A program made the position numbers and the translations under genes. From positions 64,001 to 128,000 of the forward strand of contig CAWDLW010000023.1 in assembly GCA_963803145.1 (NCBI GenBank): a stretch of 64,000 nt of DNA, given 5' to 3'. Shown one piece after another: positions 19,102-28,487 of this stretch. This DNA comes from Methanotrichaceae archaeon (GTDB lineage Archaea; Halobacteriota; Methanosarcinia; Methanotrichales; Methanotrichaceae). Under the pieces are notes generated by a model, which was not told the origin of the DNA, searched no databases, and saw only the letters and a list, made by a program, of their open reading frames with translations. Every line of letters begins with the position of its first letter. Position 1 is the stretch's first letter.

Positions 19102-20085
19102 ATGGCCGAACAGAATCGTAAGTACGAGCTTCTCGTCGATGAATCGATCGAGGTCCTCGGGACAAAGCTCTTCCGAATCCGAGCTTTGTGCTCTTTTGGA
19201 GTCGTGGAGGTAGGACAGAAAGGCGGCTTCATTCAGTCTGAAAAGAATCTTTCTCCTGAAAGGAATGCCTGGGTCTTTGGGAATGCCTGGGTCTTTGGGA
19301 ATGCCTGGGTCTTTGGGGATGCCGAGGTCTCTGGGGATGCCAGGGTCTCTGGGGATGCCAGGGTCTCTGGGGATGCCAGGGTCTTTGGGAATGCCTGGGT
19401 CTTTGGGAATGCCAGGGTCTCTGGGGATGCCAGGGTCTTTGGGAATGCCTGGGTCTTTGGGGATGCCGAGGTCTCTGGGGATGCCGAGGTCTCTGGGGAT
19501 GCCAGGGTCTTTGGGGATGCCAGGGTCTTTGGGGATGCCGAGGTCTTTGGGAATGCCAGGGTCTTTGGGGATGCCGAGGTCTCTGGGGATGCCGAGGTCT
19601 CTGGGGATGCCAGGGTCTTTGGGAATGCCAGGGTCTTTGGGGATGCCGAGGTCTCTGGGGATGCCAGGGTCTTTGGGAATGCCAGGGTCTTTGGGGATGC
19701 CAGGGTCTTTGGGAATGCCAGGGTCTTTGGGGATGCCGAGGTCTTTGGGAATGCCAGGGTCTTTGGGAATGCCGAGGTCTCTGGGGATGCCGAGGTCTCT
19801 GGGGATGCCAGGGTCTTTGGGAATGCCAGGGTCTTTGGGGATGCCGAGGTCTCTGGGGATGCCAGGGTCCGACGACCGGCGGATCTGCTGGTCGTCGGTC
19901 CGATCGGCAGCAGAGATAGCTTCCTGACGATTATCGTCCCGACTGAAAAAGCTGTGACTGGATGCTTCAGTGGGACGATTGACGAGCTTGAAGCGGCTGC
20001 AAAAGAAAAGAAGCGGCAAGATTACCTTGACCTGTTGCTAGGGATCCGAGCGATCATAGCAAGACGAAAGGCGGAGGAGCAATAA
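19102..20085 (+). CDS. Phage hexapeptide-repeat (left-handed beta-helix) protein
   Basis: KYEL..LFRIRAL..G..GGFIQSEKNLS N-terminus, 34 G(N/D)A(W/R/E)V(F/S) repeats, GPIGSR..TGCFSGT C-terminus. Confidence 0.85.
   Translation: MAEQNRKYELLVDESIEVLGTKLFRIRALCSFGVVEVGQKGGFIQSEKNLSPERNAWVFGNAWVFGNAWVFGDAEVSGDARVSGDARVSGDARVFGNAWVFGNARVSGDARVFGNAWVFGDAEVSGDAEVSGDARVFGDARVFGDAEVFGNARVFGDAEVSGDAEVSGDARVFGNARVFGDAEVSGDARVFGNARVFGDARVFGNARVFGDAEVFGNARVFGNAEVSGDAEVSGDARVFGNARVFGDAEVSGDARVRRPADLLVVGPIGSRDSFLTIIVPTEKAVTGCFSGTIDELEAAAKEKKRQDYLDLLLGIRAIIARRKAEEQ
19261..19869 (+). repeat. 18-bp tandem repeat, about 34 units
   Basis: GGG(A/G)ATGCC(TGG/AGG/GAG)GTCT(T/C)T. Confidence 0.97.
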
Positions 20086-20324
20086 TGGATGCCTCCTGCA
20101 CGGCGCCCCAGCCGCCCAAGCTCGAGCATATGCACCATTGTTCACGACGCTTCGGTATCCTGCACGGTGTTCAGAAGGCAGAGGACTGCCAGATCGCTTG
20201 TATAGGCAAGAGGGAAGTAGTCCTCCCTGCAGATCTGCAGCTTAAGCCCTGGCTGAGCAAGTACATTGGCATCGTGAAAATCGACGATCAGCATTATGTC
20301 CAAGATTTTTCGGAGATGGCCTGA
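20085..20324 (+). CDS. Hypothetical protein
   Basis: TAATG overlap, GGAGG SD. Confidence 0.55.
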   Translation: MDASCTAPQPPKLEHMHHCSRRFGILHGVQKAEDCQIACIGKREVVLPADLQLKPWLSKYIGIVKIDDQHYVQDFSEMA

Positions 20325-20555
20325 ATGTATCCTGGCCTTATTAACAGTATTCGGGCCGCAGCCAAAGATGTCGAGGTCCTGGAGTTCATTAGAAGGAATC
20401 CAGGGAAATCGGCTTCTGAAATAGCGGCCAGGGCCTCATTGAGCGGGTATATGTTAACAGGACTCGAGGGGGTAAGCCTCAGCTGGTCCCAACAAACCAT
20501 TTCCAACTCTATGCTAAATATCGGAGAAAAGGCCTGGACCTCGAAAGGCTCGTAA
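20325..20555 (+). CDS. Hypothetical HTH-like protein
   Basis: VLEFIRRNPGKSASEIAAR. Confidence 0.55.
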   Translation: MYPGLINSIRAAAKDVEVLEFIRRNPGKSASEIAARASLSGYMLTGLEGVSLSWSQQTISNSMLNIGEKAWTSKGS

Positions 20556-20568
20556 GGAGAATTCTTCG

Positions 20569-20895
20569 ATGAATCCAGAGGACTTCAGGCGTATCGAACA
20601 GGATCGCCTGATCCGATGCGAGTTCGTCCTTCAACCCAAAGGAGAAGAGTATTCCAGGGGCGGGGATAGATTGCACAACTTCAAGGATGCTGCAGAGCTT
20701 CTGAACTGTACTCCAGAGCAGGCTTGCTTAGGAATGGGAGTAAAGCATTTTGTCAGCATTCGGGATATGATCAAAGATCTCGAAAAGGGCATTCTGCCTG
20801 AGCAAAAACAGATAGACGAAAAATTCACTGATTTTCATAATTATTTGTTATTGGCTGAAGCATTGATCATCGAGCGGAGGGGAGCCATTCGATGA
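20569..20895 (+). CDS. Nucleotide-modification-associated all-alpha protein (DUF1599/Nmad1-like)
   Basis: KGEEY..DRLHNF..KH..DEKFTDFHNYLLL pattern. Confidence 0.55.
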   Translation: MNPEDFRRIEQDRLIRCEFVLQPKGEEYSRGGDRLHNFKDAAELLNCTPEQACLGMGVKHFVSIRDMIKDLEKGILPEQKQIDEKFTDFHNYLLLAEALIIERRGAIR

Positions 20896-21049
20896 CTCTG
20901 ATAGAAGAAGTGCTCCGCCCTGGCGATCATCGATGCCTGAAAAATATAATGGGTCTGGTGCAGGCTGCAACAGGCCCAGAAACCGATAGTGATGAACTCG
21001 ACTGTCTGCGGAGGCTATTGAAAGCTGCAGAGCAGATGGAGGCCTCGCA

Positions 21050-21742
21050 TTGAGCTTCAAAAAAAGCGTCGGCTGGGCGGATCTCTCTATAAATCCAATC
21101 AGCGGATGCCGTGGGGGCTGCAGATACTGTTATGCCAGAGATATGGCCGCGCGTCATTGTAACAGAAACGGCTACCCTGGGAAAGGTCATACGTTCGATC
21201 CCACTTTTCACGCCGATAAAATAGACCAGATCTTAAACCTCAAGGGCAAGAGAAAGAGGATCTTCCTAGACAGCATGTCGGATTGGTGGAGCCCCGGGGT
21301 AGATTCCAGGTGGGTTAGGGCTATCATAGAGGCCGTCAGCCAGAAGCCCGAACATACATTCTTGGTTCTGACGAAATTTCCGCAGTATATCGATCGGTCA
21401 GAGTTCCCTGAAAACTTGTGGCTGGGCGTATCCGTAACATGTAACGCAGAAAACTGGCGCATACGCAAGCTTTTGGATTATGTATCTGAGGACGTGCACA
21501 AGTTCGCATCCTTCGAGCCGCTCCATGGCTCGATAACCTATGATCTTTCGGAGCTCGAGTGGATTATCGTTGGTGCGGAGAGTGGCAACAGGCCAGGCAA
21601 GGTAGAACCTAAAGAAGAGTGGGTTAAGTCGATCTTCAATTGCTGGCCCGATGATAAGCCGATTCCGATTTACATGAAGGATAATTTGATGCCCTATTTG
21701 CCTGAATGGGGCCAGATAAAAGTGTTCCCAGAGGGGATTTGA
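21050..21742 (+). CDS. Phage Gp37/Gp68 (DUF5131) radical-SAM-like protein
   Basis: NPISGC.GGCRYCYA, FLDSMSD, FLVLTK, WLGVSV, SFEPL, WIIVGAESG. Confidence 0.9.
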   Translation: MSFKKSVGWADLSINPISGCRGGCRYCYARDMAARHCNRNGYPGKGHTFDPTFHADKIDQILNLKGKRKRIFLDSMSDWWSPGVDSRWVRAIIEAVSQKPEHTFLVLTKFPQYIDRSEFPENLWLGVSVTCNAENWRIRKLLDYVSEDVHKFASFEPLHGSITYDLSELEWIIVGAESGNRPGKVEPKEEWVKSIFNCWPDDKPIPIYMKDNLMPYLPEWGQIKVFPEGI

Positions 21743-22012
21743 ATGCCCTGCGATGGGCCCAGACAATTGGGCCTCTTCAAGTCCCCGCATGATGCCTATC
21801 TCTACATTGCAGATATTGTGATGCAAAGGATCAAAATCAATCTCTCCGACAAAGAGACAGATAAGAAAGTCGGAGCTGCATTAATGGATGTCCAGCTCGC
21901 CGTCATTCATAATGATAATCTGCAGACGACCGTGGATGAGATGGCCCGGATCATCAAAGATCTGAACGGATGGCTGGAAGCAAAAAAGCAGGCTGTATTT
22001 GGAGAGATCTGA
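21743..22012 (+). CDS. Hypothetical protein
   Basis: Abuts both neighbours by TGAATG; GAGGGG SD. Confidence 0.55.
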   Translation: MPCDGPRQLGLFKSPHDAYLYIADIVMQRIKINLSDKETDKKVGAALMDVQLAVIHNDNLQTTVDEMARIIKDLNGWLEAKKQAVFGEI

Positions 22013-22360
22013 ATGCTTCTCTTCCAGCCAGAGCATGTAGAAATGATCTTGCGAGGCCATAAAACCCAGTCCCGCAGACCCTGGAAATCTCGGAGAGCCA
22101 AAGCAGGCTCAGTACAATTAGCTACAACAAAATTATACTCAAGAGAATATTTTGCCATGTTATATATTCTATCTGTTCGATTAGAGAGATTGGGAGATAT
22201 CTCTCTAGCAGATTGCATAGCAGAAGGCTATATGAGCAGAGATCTTTATTTCGACGAATATTTAAAGATCTTAAGAAAGAAAAGGCCCAAAGCTGTTCTT
22301 GATCTCGATCAGATTGTTTATGTGTTGAATTTCGAGGTGGTGCCAAATGCAGAAGCGTAA
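22013..22360 (+). CDS. ASCH-domain protein
   Basis: F.PEH..MILRGHKTQSRR; ERLGDIS..DCIAEG. Confidence 0.85.
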   Translation: MLLFQPEHVEMILRGHKTQSRRPWKSRRAKAGSVQLATTKLYSREYFAMLYILSVRLERLGDISLADCIAEGYMSRDLYFDEYLKILRKKRPKAVLDLDQIVYVLNFEVVPNAEA

Positions 22361-23168
22361 AATTGCTTTTGGCTTCTACGGCGGCAAGTTCTCTCATCTC
22401 AAGTGGCTCCTGCCGCTGCTGCCCAGGTGCCGGCATTATGTCGAGCCTTATGGAGGATCAGCTGCGGTACTGCTGAATCGTCAGCCTTCGCCCTTGGAGA
22501 CTTATAATGATCTGAATGAAGAAATCGTCAATTTCTTCCGGATATTAAGAGAGCAGAAAGGCCAATTGATAGAGGCCATTACATTGACACCATTCTCCAG
22601 GAAGGAATACCTCGAGTCCTTGGAAAGCTGTGATAATCCTCTGGAGAGAGCGAGGCGCTTCTATGTCAGGACGAGACAATCGTTCTTTGGGCTCTCGGAG
22701 TCAGGATCCCCCGGCAGATGGGCATATCGCCTCACAGACAGCAAAAGGGGTATGTCGAGCTCGGTCTCCAAATATCTGGGCGGAATAGAAAATCTTGCCT
22801 GGGTCGCAGGCCGCCTCAAAAAGGTTCAGCTTGAGTGTTCAAGCGCCATTGAAATCCTGGAGAGGTATGACAGTAAATATACTCTGTTCTATATCGATCC
22901 ACCTTATCTACACGAATCAAGATGCGATTCCATAGCATTCGGCCAGTTTGAGATGAGTGCTAAAGAGCATGGGGGGCTCTCTGAGGTCCTGCATGATCTT
23001 GATGGCAGGGTAGCAATCTCGGGCTATAGATGTACTCTGATGGATGATTTCTATCATGATTGGAGATGTGTAGAGGCTTCAGGAAAGCGCTGTAACTCTT
23101 CTAAGCGGGGGGGGATCCGGAAAGAAGCTCTCTGGATGAATTACACCCCCGCGGGGGCTAGGATATGA
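22347..23168 (+). CDS. Orphan DNA adenine methyltransferase (Dam/D12 class)
   Basis: YGGK, YVEPYGGSAAV, YND, YIDPPY. Confidence 0.92.
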   Translation: MQKRKIAFGFYGGKFSHLKWLLPLLPRCRHYVEPYGGSAAVLLNRQPSPLETYNDLNEEIVNFFRILREQKGQLIEAITLTPFSRKEYLESLESCDNPLERARRFYVRTRQSFFGLSESGSPGRWAYRLTDSKRGMSSSVSKYLGGIENLAWVAGRLKKVQLECSSAIEILERYDSKYTLFYIDPPYLHESRCDSIAFGQFEMSAKEHGGLSEVLHDLDGRVAISGYRCTLMDDFYHDWRCVEASGKRCNSSKRGGIRKEALWMNYTPAGARI

Positions 23169-23521
23169 AGGCCTGCAGACTCTCCGATGATGAGGATTTT
23201 GACGATGACGATGTTCGACATCGTAAGGATCCCATCATATTGGAGATGAACTTTAGCCTGGTGGAGCTCTCAAACGGCATGGCACTGAAGATGGAAGGGA
23301 GAGCATACCCCTATGCGAGCTCCGGAAGTTGGTTCGGTTACGGCAGTCTTCTCAGAGGAACAGTTGAAGAGGACATCAATAAAGTGATAGCGTCTGAGAA
23401 GCGCTGGTTCAAAGAATCATATCCCAGCAGACGAATAATATTGAAGGTATCCCGGCCTGGAAAACAGCAGAGCCTCACAGATCTGAGCCTGAAACAGATG
23501 AATCTGGGGGCACGGGTGTGA
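23165..23521 (+). CDS. Hypothetical protein
   Basis: ATGA overlap with the methylase. Confidence 0.55.
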   Translation: MKACRLSDDEDFDDDDVRHRKDPIILEMNFSLVELSNGMALKMEGRAYPYASSGSWFGYGSLLRGTVEEDINKVIASEKRWFKESYPSRRIILKVSRPGKQQSLTDLSLKQMNLGARV

Positions 23522-23694
23522 ATCATCAGCGAGGCCGGCGCAGGGAGGAGAAGCCGAAGCCCGAAAATATCCCAGAGTGCCCTGCATACAGGCTATGCCA
23601 GTATAAGGGCTACAAGTGCTCCGACTGCCTTGAGATGGATGATCAGAGCTGGAGAGACCGTGTGAGGGCCGTGCTACAGGTCGTGAGAACCTGA
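23518..23694 (+). CDS. Small Cys-rich protein (58 aa, below the track cut-off)
   Basis: GTGA overlap; CPAYRLCQYKGYKCSDC. Confidence 0.45.
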   Translation: MNHQRGRRREEKPKPENIPECPAYRLCQYKGYKCSDCLEMDDQSWRDRVRAVLQVVRT

Positions 23695-23794
23695 GGATGG
23701 TCTTCAGAATTCTTGATATCCTGTGGCATATCTTCTGGATACTGTTCCTCGTGGGGCTTCTCAATTCTATGGCGGATCATGGGGGCGCATGCAT

Positions 23795-24028
23795 ATGAAG
23801 CCCCATAAAGATTCTTCTGAAGATGATGATTTTGCATCTGCAGAAGAATCTTCTACAGAGCCTCTCCGGATGGAGTTCACAGGCATAGATAAAAACACAT
23901 TCTATAGATTCGGCGGCTTGCTGTTTTCCATGCAAGTAGACGGTTACCCGGACTCTGAACCTATAAAGAAATTCCTGGATGCCATAGATGGCAAGCATAT
24001 CAGAGTCCTGATAGAGGAAATCCCATGA
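23795..24028 (+). CDS. Hypothetical protein
   Basis: Likely start MKPHKD after GGGGG. Confidence 0.5.
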   Translation: MKPHKDSSEDDDFASAEESSTEPLRMEFTGIDKNTFYRFGGLLFSMQVDGYPDSEPIKKFLDAIDGKHIRVLIEEIP

Positions 24029-24053
24029 GCGCCCGGAAGAAGGTGGCAAAGGC

Positions 24054-24908
24054 TTGATGGCCATTCCTCAGCCATCGGGCTTTGTACCGGCTTCTGAATA
24101 TACGCCAATTGAGCTAAATGAAGTAGCTAATCTTGAGCAGCGTATTAGAGATCAGGATGCCTTATTAGATCAATATCTAGAGCACATACTGAAGCTTGAG
24201 TCGGAGCTTGAATCCAAGAAGAAGAAAAGCAAGCCAGAAGAATCCAATCATAAAAAGCCAGCTGAAAAGCCCTGCTTCACTGAAGAGGATTATCTCAGGA
24301 ATTTAGAGATCATTGCAAAGCTGAAGTCCGAGAGGAAAGAAATAGACTCTCGGGTCGCTGAGAAAGACAAAAAAATTATTGGATTGCAAAATGAAATCAA
24401 AACTCTTCAAGAAGCCGATGAACTCCTGTTCCCGGTATTAAAATCATTTTGTGAAAACTTGGGTGCAATAATTGAACATCAAGCCCTGGATTCAGATTCA
24501 AGAGAGACTGCCAGAAAGCTTTTGCAAAGGCCTGATTCTCTGGAACATTATATCGTTCACAAGAAAATATCAGCTAATCGGGCCATAAAAGAAATAACAC
24601 CTCTTATTTTGGAAGCTAAGAACAGGCTCTCCAGGAGGAAGAAACCAGGAAGCGCAGAACATAGTAATGAACATAGGGCCAAAATCCTCTTAGAAAGGCT
24701 TCTTTTAGTCGGAGAGGAGCAAATAAGGACTAAAAGAGCAATTGAGATCATATATAGCGATGAAGGCGTTAGACCGGATAAAACGGTCGCACGCAGAGCT
24801 ATGAGGTTAGCCGCTGAGATGGAGCCAGACAAAGTGGACTTTTCTAGTAGCTTCTCAGGCGGTATAGGAGCGGTATTAAAGAAAAGGAGGTGCCTTACTG
24901 ATGAATAA
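24054..24908 (+). CDS. Coiled-coil protein with a possible C-terminal DNA-binding domain
   Basis: Heptad N-half; basic helical C-terminus; lies directly before the long inverted repeat. Confidence 0.6.
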   Translation: MMAIPQPSGFVPASEYTPIELNEVANLEQRIRDQDALLDQYLEHILKLESELESKKKKSKPEESNHKKPAEKPCFTEEDYLRNLEIIAKLKSERKEIDSRVAEKDKKIIGLQNEIKTLQEADELLFPVLKSFCENLGAIIEHQALDSDSRETARKLLQRPDSLEHYIVHKKISANRAIKEITPLILEAKNRLSRRKKPGSAEHSNEHRAKILLERLLLVGEEQIRTKRAIEIIYSDEGVRPDKTVARRAMRLAAEMEPDKVDFSSSFSGGIGAVLKKRRCLTDE

Positions 24909-24920
24909 ACCGCTGGATAC

Positions 24921-25146
24921 CGAAGGGACAGTTTGTTCCCATCCCGGTATAGTGGTTTACCCTTTAGACTGTTAGATATTTAGCTTCTTTGAGGCTCTTC
25001 AAGAAGAGAAAACTCCTTGATGTAATTGTATATTATGACATCTTTACTTGATGGTAAAAAAGAAGATCGGAAAAAAGATCAATTATAATAGCAAAGAAAT
25101 GAGATTCCATAAAAATTACGTGGTTTGGGAACAAACTGTCCCTTCG
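24921..25146. repeat. Perfect 21-bp inverted repeat flanking an AT-rich 184-bp core
   Basis: CGAAGGGACAGTTTGTTCCCA (24921-24941) / TGGGAACAAACTGTCCCTTCG (25126-25146). Confidence 0.95.
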
Positions 25147-25208
25147 CTATCAGGCGAAATTATAGCCTTTCGCTGATAGTGATAAGGAATAGTGATAAGG
25201 AGGGTAAA

Positions 25209-25601
25209 ATGGTCGAAGTCTCATGCATAATCGATGGGAAGGACAAATTCTACGGCCCATATATAAATAAGCAATTGATGCAAATGACGCTGAACATAAT
25301 AAAAAAGACAGGAGATGATTACGCCGAGCCTTTTTCATTCGATGCAGATCCCTGGGAAGAGAAGATTATGCGAGGTCTGCTGCCTTTTCGGGTTAGCGTA
25401 GAAATATTCAAGGGCCAACCCCAAAAGCCTGAGATCAGGTTGCAATGGCCGCCGCTCGATGAAGAAGGAATAATCAGCGAATCCGACTTCCTGATAGAAT
25501 ATTTCTTCTGGGCCCTGGGCCGGGACAATGTTTTACGCAGGCTCAGCTCGGTCAATCGCAATACAAATACAAGCACTCCAAAGGTGCATGCTCACGCCTG
25601 A
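25209..25601 (+). CDS. Hypothetical protein
   Basis: AAGGAGGG SD before ATG 25209. Confidence 0.6.
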   Translation: MVEVSCIIDGKDKFYGPYINKQLMQMTLNIIKKTGDDYAEPFSFDADPWEEKIMRGLLPFRVSVEIFKGQPQKPEIRLQWPPLDEEGIISESDFLIEYFFWALGRDNVLRRLSSVNRNTNTSTPKVHAHA

Positions 25602-26190
25602 ATGGGCATATACATCGACGCAGGAACGGCAGTCTGAAATATCATCGAAAAAGGTCAAAGGGCTGCTGCAATACGATCCTAGAGATTACGATGGCTGTGG
25701 GGCTGAAGAAGAATGAGTGGGCACATTAGATGGCAGAAAAGCAAAACAGTGTTTGGGCTTTTTCACATCTCGATTTTGGCCCGATGTAAAGGCTATTTCC
25801 CAAGATACGAGTTGATGGTCTGGTGGTACTGATGGCCGATCTAGCGACTTTGCTATATCAAATTTTAGAGAATCAGATAGCAATTATGACTGTAATGAGG
25901 TTTCAATTAGCGCAGACTCATTCAGGATCAGATGACATAGTTGCCTTGGGGATACAGAGGCTAACGCGTGGAATCATGTATTCAGAAGAGAGGCTAAGAG
26001 GATGAAAAAAATCGATTGCGTCCGGTGTTCGCTGGCCGTGTGGCTGGCAAGATACGCTTCCAAGATTATGCAGGAGCAGGGTATAGATCAAAATCAATGG
26101 CTGAAATATGAGTTTGAGAAGCTTTAGGAGATAGAGAATATGCCGACTATAGACAAAATCGAGATGATCAAGCCTTCAAGGAGCTGATTT

Positions 26191-26418
26191 ATGAGCCAGA
26201 AGGAGTTCGTGGACTTTCAAGTATTTCTGCTCATAAAAACTCACCCAGGTACATGCGAACGGGGACTCCTCAAGATAGCGCAGTTTGAGATGAAATGCAC
26301 CAAGTGGACCTACAATCTAATTCATCATTCCGTATCGAGGTGGATAAAGAAGGGCAAGGTCAGAACGAGGCTAGTGCTCTCCGAGGGCCATTCATGCAAG
26401 CGTCTGTATCTGAAATAA
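26191..26418 (+). CDS. Small winged-helix protein
   Basis: IKTHPG..WTYNLIHHSVSRWIKKGKV..KRLY. Confidence 0.55.
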   Translation: MSQKEFVDFQVFLLIKTHPGTCERGLLKIAQFEMKCTKWTYNLIHHSVSRWIKKGKVRTRLVLSEGHSCKRLYLK

Positions 26419-26894
26419 TTTGCGATATCTCAGACAGCGGTTCTCCCTTTATTGAGGGAGAGAAATATTTCGAAGAGAGTAATCTTAGCCCAGATGATCA
26501 GAAGCTATTTGCAAAATACCTCAAGAAGTCTCCGAGGTTTCGCTATATATGGGTAGGCAAAATAGCTGACGTCCACATCAAAATTCAATCCCTCTTAGAA
26601 TACGATTCGAAAGGACGACTTCTGTATAGGGGCAATCCCTACAACAAGGACACCTGGACAGCGTTCTTTGTCGTGGATAACCTTCTTTGGGGGCCTCCTC
26701 CTGTCATAAGAGATCAAGGCCGATATGCAAAAGAGCAGTTTGATCCTAGGAACGATTATCCCACTGAAGTTGTAGAGGATAATCACGGGAACAAGCTTAG
26801 GGTATTGAGATATTGCGATGGTTGTGGCGGGGATCTGGAGTACGATCATAGGATGGTACTATACTGCAAAAAATGTTTTTTGGAGTTTAAATGA
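26394..26894 (+). CDS. Hypothetical protein with a C-terminal zinc ribbon
   Basis: CDGCGG..LYCKKC; start uncertain. Confidence 0.6.
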   Translation: MQASVSEIICDISDSGSPFIEGEKYFEESNLSPDDQKLFAKYLKKSPRFRYIWVGKIADVHIKIQSLLEYDSKGRLLYRGNPYNKDTWTAFFVVDNLLWGPPPVIRDQGRYAKEQFDPRNDYPTEVVEDNHGNKLRVLRYCDGCGGDLEYDHRMVLYCKKCFLEFK

Positions 26895-27119
26895 AATATG
26901 TTAATAGAGTTGACCACGGCGGAAAAGCAAGGACTATAGCGGATCTCCACACTGCTAGATTGAGGGCTGATAACAGACAAATGTCTGAAATAGAATTCTT
27001 CAGAAAGTTTCATAGTCATCCATTGATGACATAGGGACATGTCTAGCCAGAACTGAAGCGGGCCGGAGCCAATGGCGATGATGGCTCATCCCTCCTTTTG
27101 ATAATATGGATACAGTCAC

Positions 27120-28340
27120 ATGTCCGAGCGTACTTTAGCCGAGTTTAATAAAATCCTTCTAGAAAACTTCGGCTTCGAGATAGATATTTGGCCTATAGAG
27201 AAGTTCAAGGGCTATGCCAGGAATGTCAAAAAGCATAGAAGCAAAGATATAGATACAATGGTCAAAGCCTTTGAGGAAACGAACTTCAAGGACTTTATAA
27301 AATATGATCCTATAAGCGATTCCATAGCAGACGGTCACAGAAGAGTTGCAGCAGCAATAAAATGGGGTAAAAAAGAATTACCTGTTTTAATTCCTAGAGA
27401 CCTTACACCAGAGAAGATGAAGCTCCTACGGCTAGAATATAATCGTCTGCCTGAGCAATCAAGCTATGATAAACGAAATTTAGTCAATGAGCTTGCAGAT
27501 CTGACGCGCTCTAATATCGATTATAATTTTCTCGATTATAATAAATACGATCCGTTAGTAGAGGCCAATCTGAGCAATAATGCTGAGCAGGCATTCGAGT
27601 ATCCTGGAGATTCTGCTTTAGGCTCCCTGACTTTTGACCGGCCACTGCATGAGCCGTTACAGGAAGCAGAGCCCAATCAATTTACCCCAAAACCATCCAT
27701 CCTGCAAGCAAAGAAACAAAAAGAGGACCTCCATGGAATGGGATTGGCCGATATGATATTTCCTTCCGATCCTATTGAAGGAATACCAATCCTGAGCCTT
27801 GAATATATGCCCAAGACGGTCAAAACACCTTTTATCAAACACGGCGAGGTCTCGAATAAGCGTAATCTTGGGGGCGCAAAGCATTTCTATGCTTTTGATG
27901 GAAAATTGTATAATATTTGGCACAATCCTTTCCAACTTCTTGAAGGCAATACATCACAATTTGTCGAAGTAAACTTCAGTATACGCAATACTCATGGCAG
28001 GGCCTATGCACTCGGACAGATTTTCAGGAAACGCCAGATAGCGGCGTGGCTGCAGACAAAAGACAAAGAAATCTTCGTCGATATGAATGTAGGCGGCAAA
28101 TGGCGAAAAGAAAATTTGATAAGCGTGCCCGAAGGATATACTGCCTATTGTACTAGAGGCTACACATCAAAAGCCATGTATATCGCTGAGCAAATCGATT
28201 TGGCAACTGAACGGGCAGGTACTAATAATATATTATTCGTCGTATATGGTGGAGGGGAAGTGATAGAAGACTGCTGCAAAGAAGCAGGATGTCTATACTT
28301 CCCTGAAGTCATGGATGTTCAGAAAGGTAAAGGGGTGTAG
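27120..28340 (+). CDS. ParB/Srx-like domain fused to a DUF4417-like domain
   Basis: RNVKKH..IADGHRRVAAA..LPVL (ParB); HFYAFD..IWHNP..NFSI..QIFRKR (DUF4417-like). Confidence 0.7.
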   Translation: MSERTLAEFNKILLENFGFEIDIWPIEKFKGYARNVKKHRSKDIDTMVKAFEETNFKDFIKYDPISDSIADGHRRVAAAIKWGKKELPVLIPRDLTPEKMKLLRLEYNRLPEQSSYDKRNLVNELADLTRSNIDYNFLDYNKYDPLVEANLSNNAEQAFEYPGDSALGSLTFDRPLHEPLQEAEPNQFTPKPSILQAKKQKEDLHGMGLADMIFPSDPIEGIPILSLEYMPKTVKTPFIKHGEVSNKRNLGGAKHFYAFDGKLYNIWHNPFQLLEGNTSQFVEVNFSIRNTHGRAYALGQIFRKRQIAAWLQTKDKEIFVDMNVGGKWRKENLISVPEGYTAYCTRGYTSKAMYIAEQIDLATERAGTNNILFVVYGGGEVIEDCCKEAGCLYFPEVMDVQKGKGV

Positions 28341-28344
28341 ATAA

Positions 28345-28482
28345 TTGGTCAATTCGAACGCTTTTAGGGATATAAGGTATTCTCCGCCGAATCCAAGCAC
28401 CAGAGGCAGCGCGAATGTTTTTGCCAGCAATGCGATTCTCCGGGGCGTAGGTGGCGGAATGCCTGATGAAAAGATCTCCTGA
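28345..28482 (+). CDS. 45-aa small ORF
   Basis: TTG after AGGGGTG; fills the gap exactly to the convergent radical SAM gene. Confidence 0.4.
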   Translation: MVNSNAFRDIRYSPPNPSTRGSANVFASNAILRGVGGGMPDEKIS

Positions 28483-28487
28483 GAGTT

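Noticed and set aside
19261-19869. CRISPR array
   Set aside because: Contiguous 18-bp coding repeats with no spacers; no cas genes in the window
18838-20019. 393-aa minus-strand ORF and 220-aa MPGSLG ORF
   Set aside because: Shadow frames of the stop-free repeat; only 19102-20085 has family-like termini
27072-27110. Fluoride riboswitch (GGCGATG)
   Set aside because: Lacks the complementary CGCC stem and the downstream TGATGAC motif
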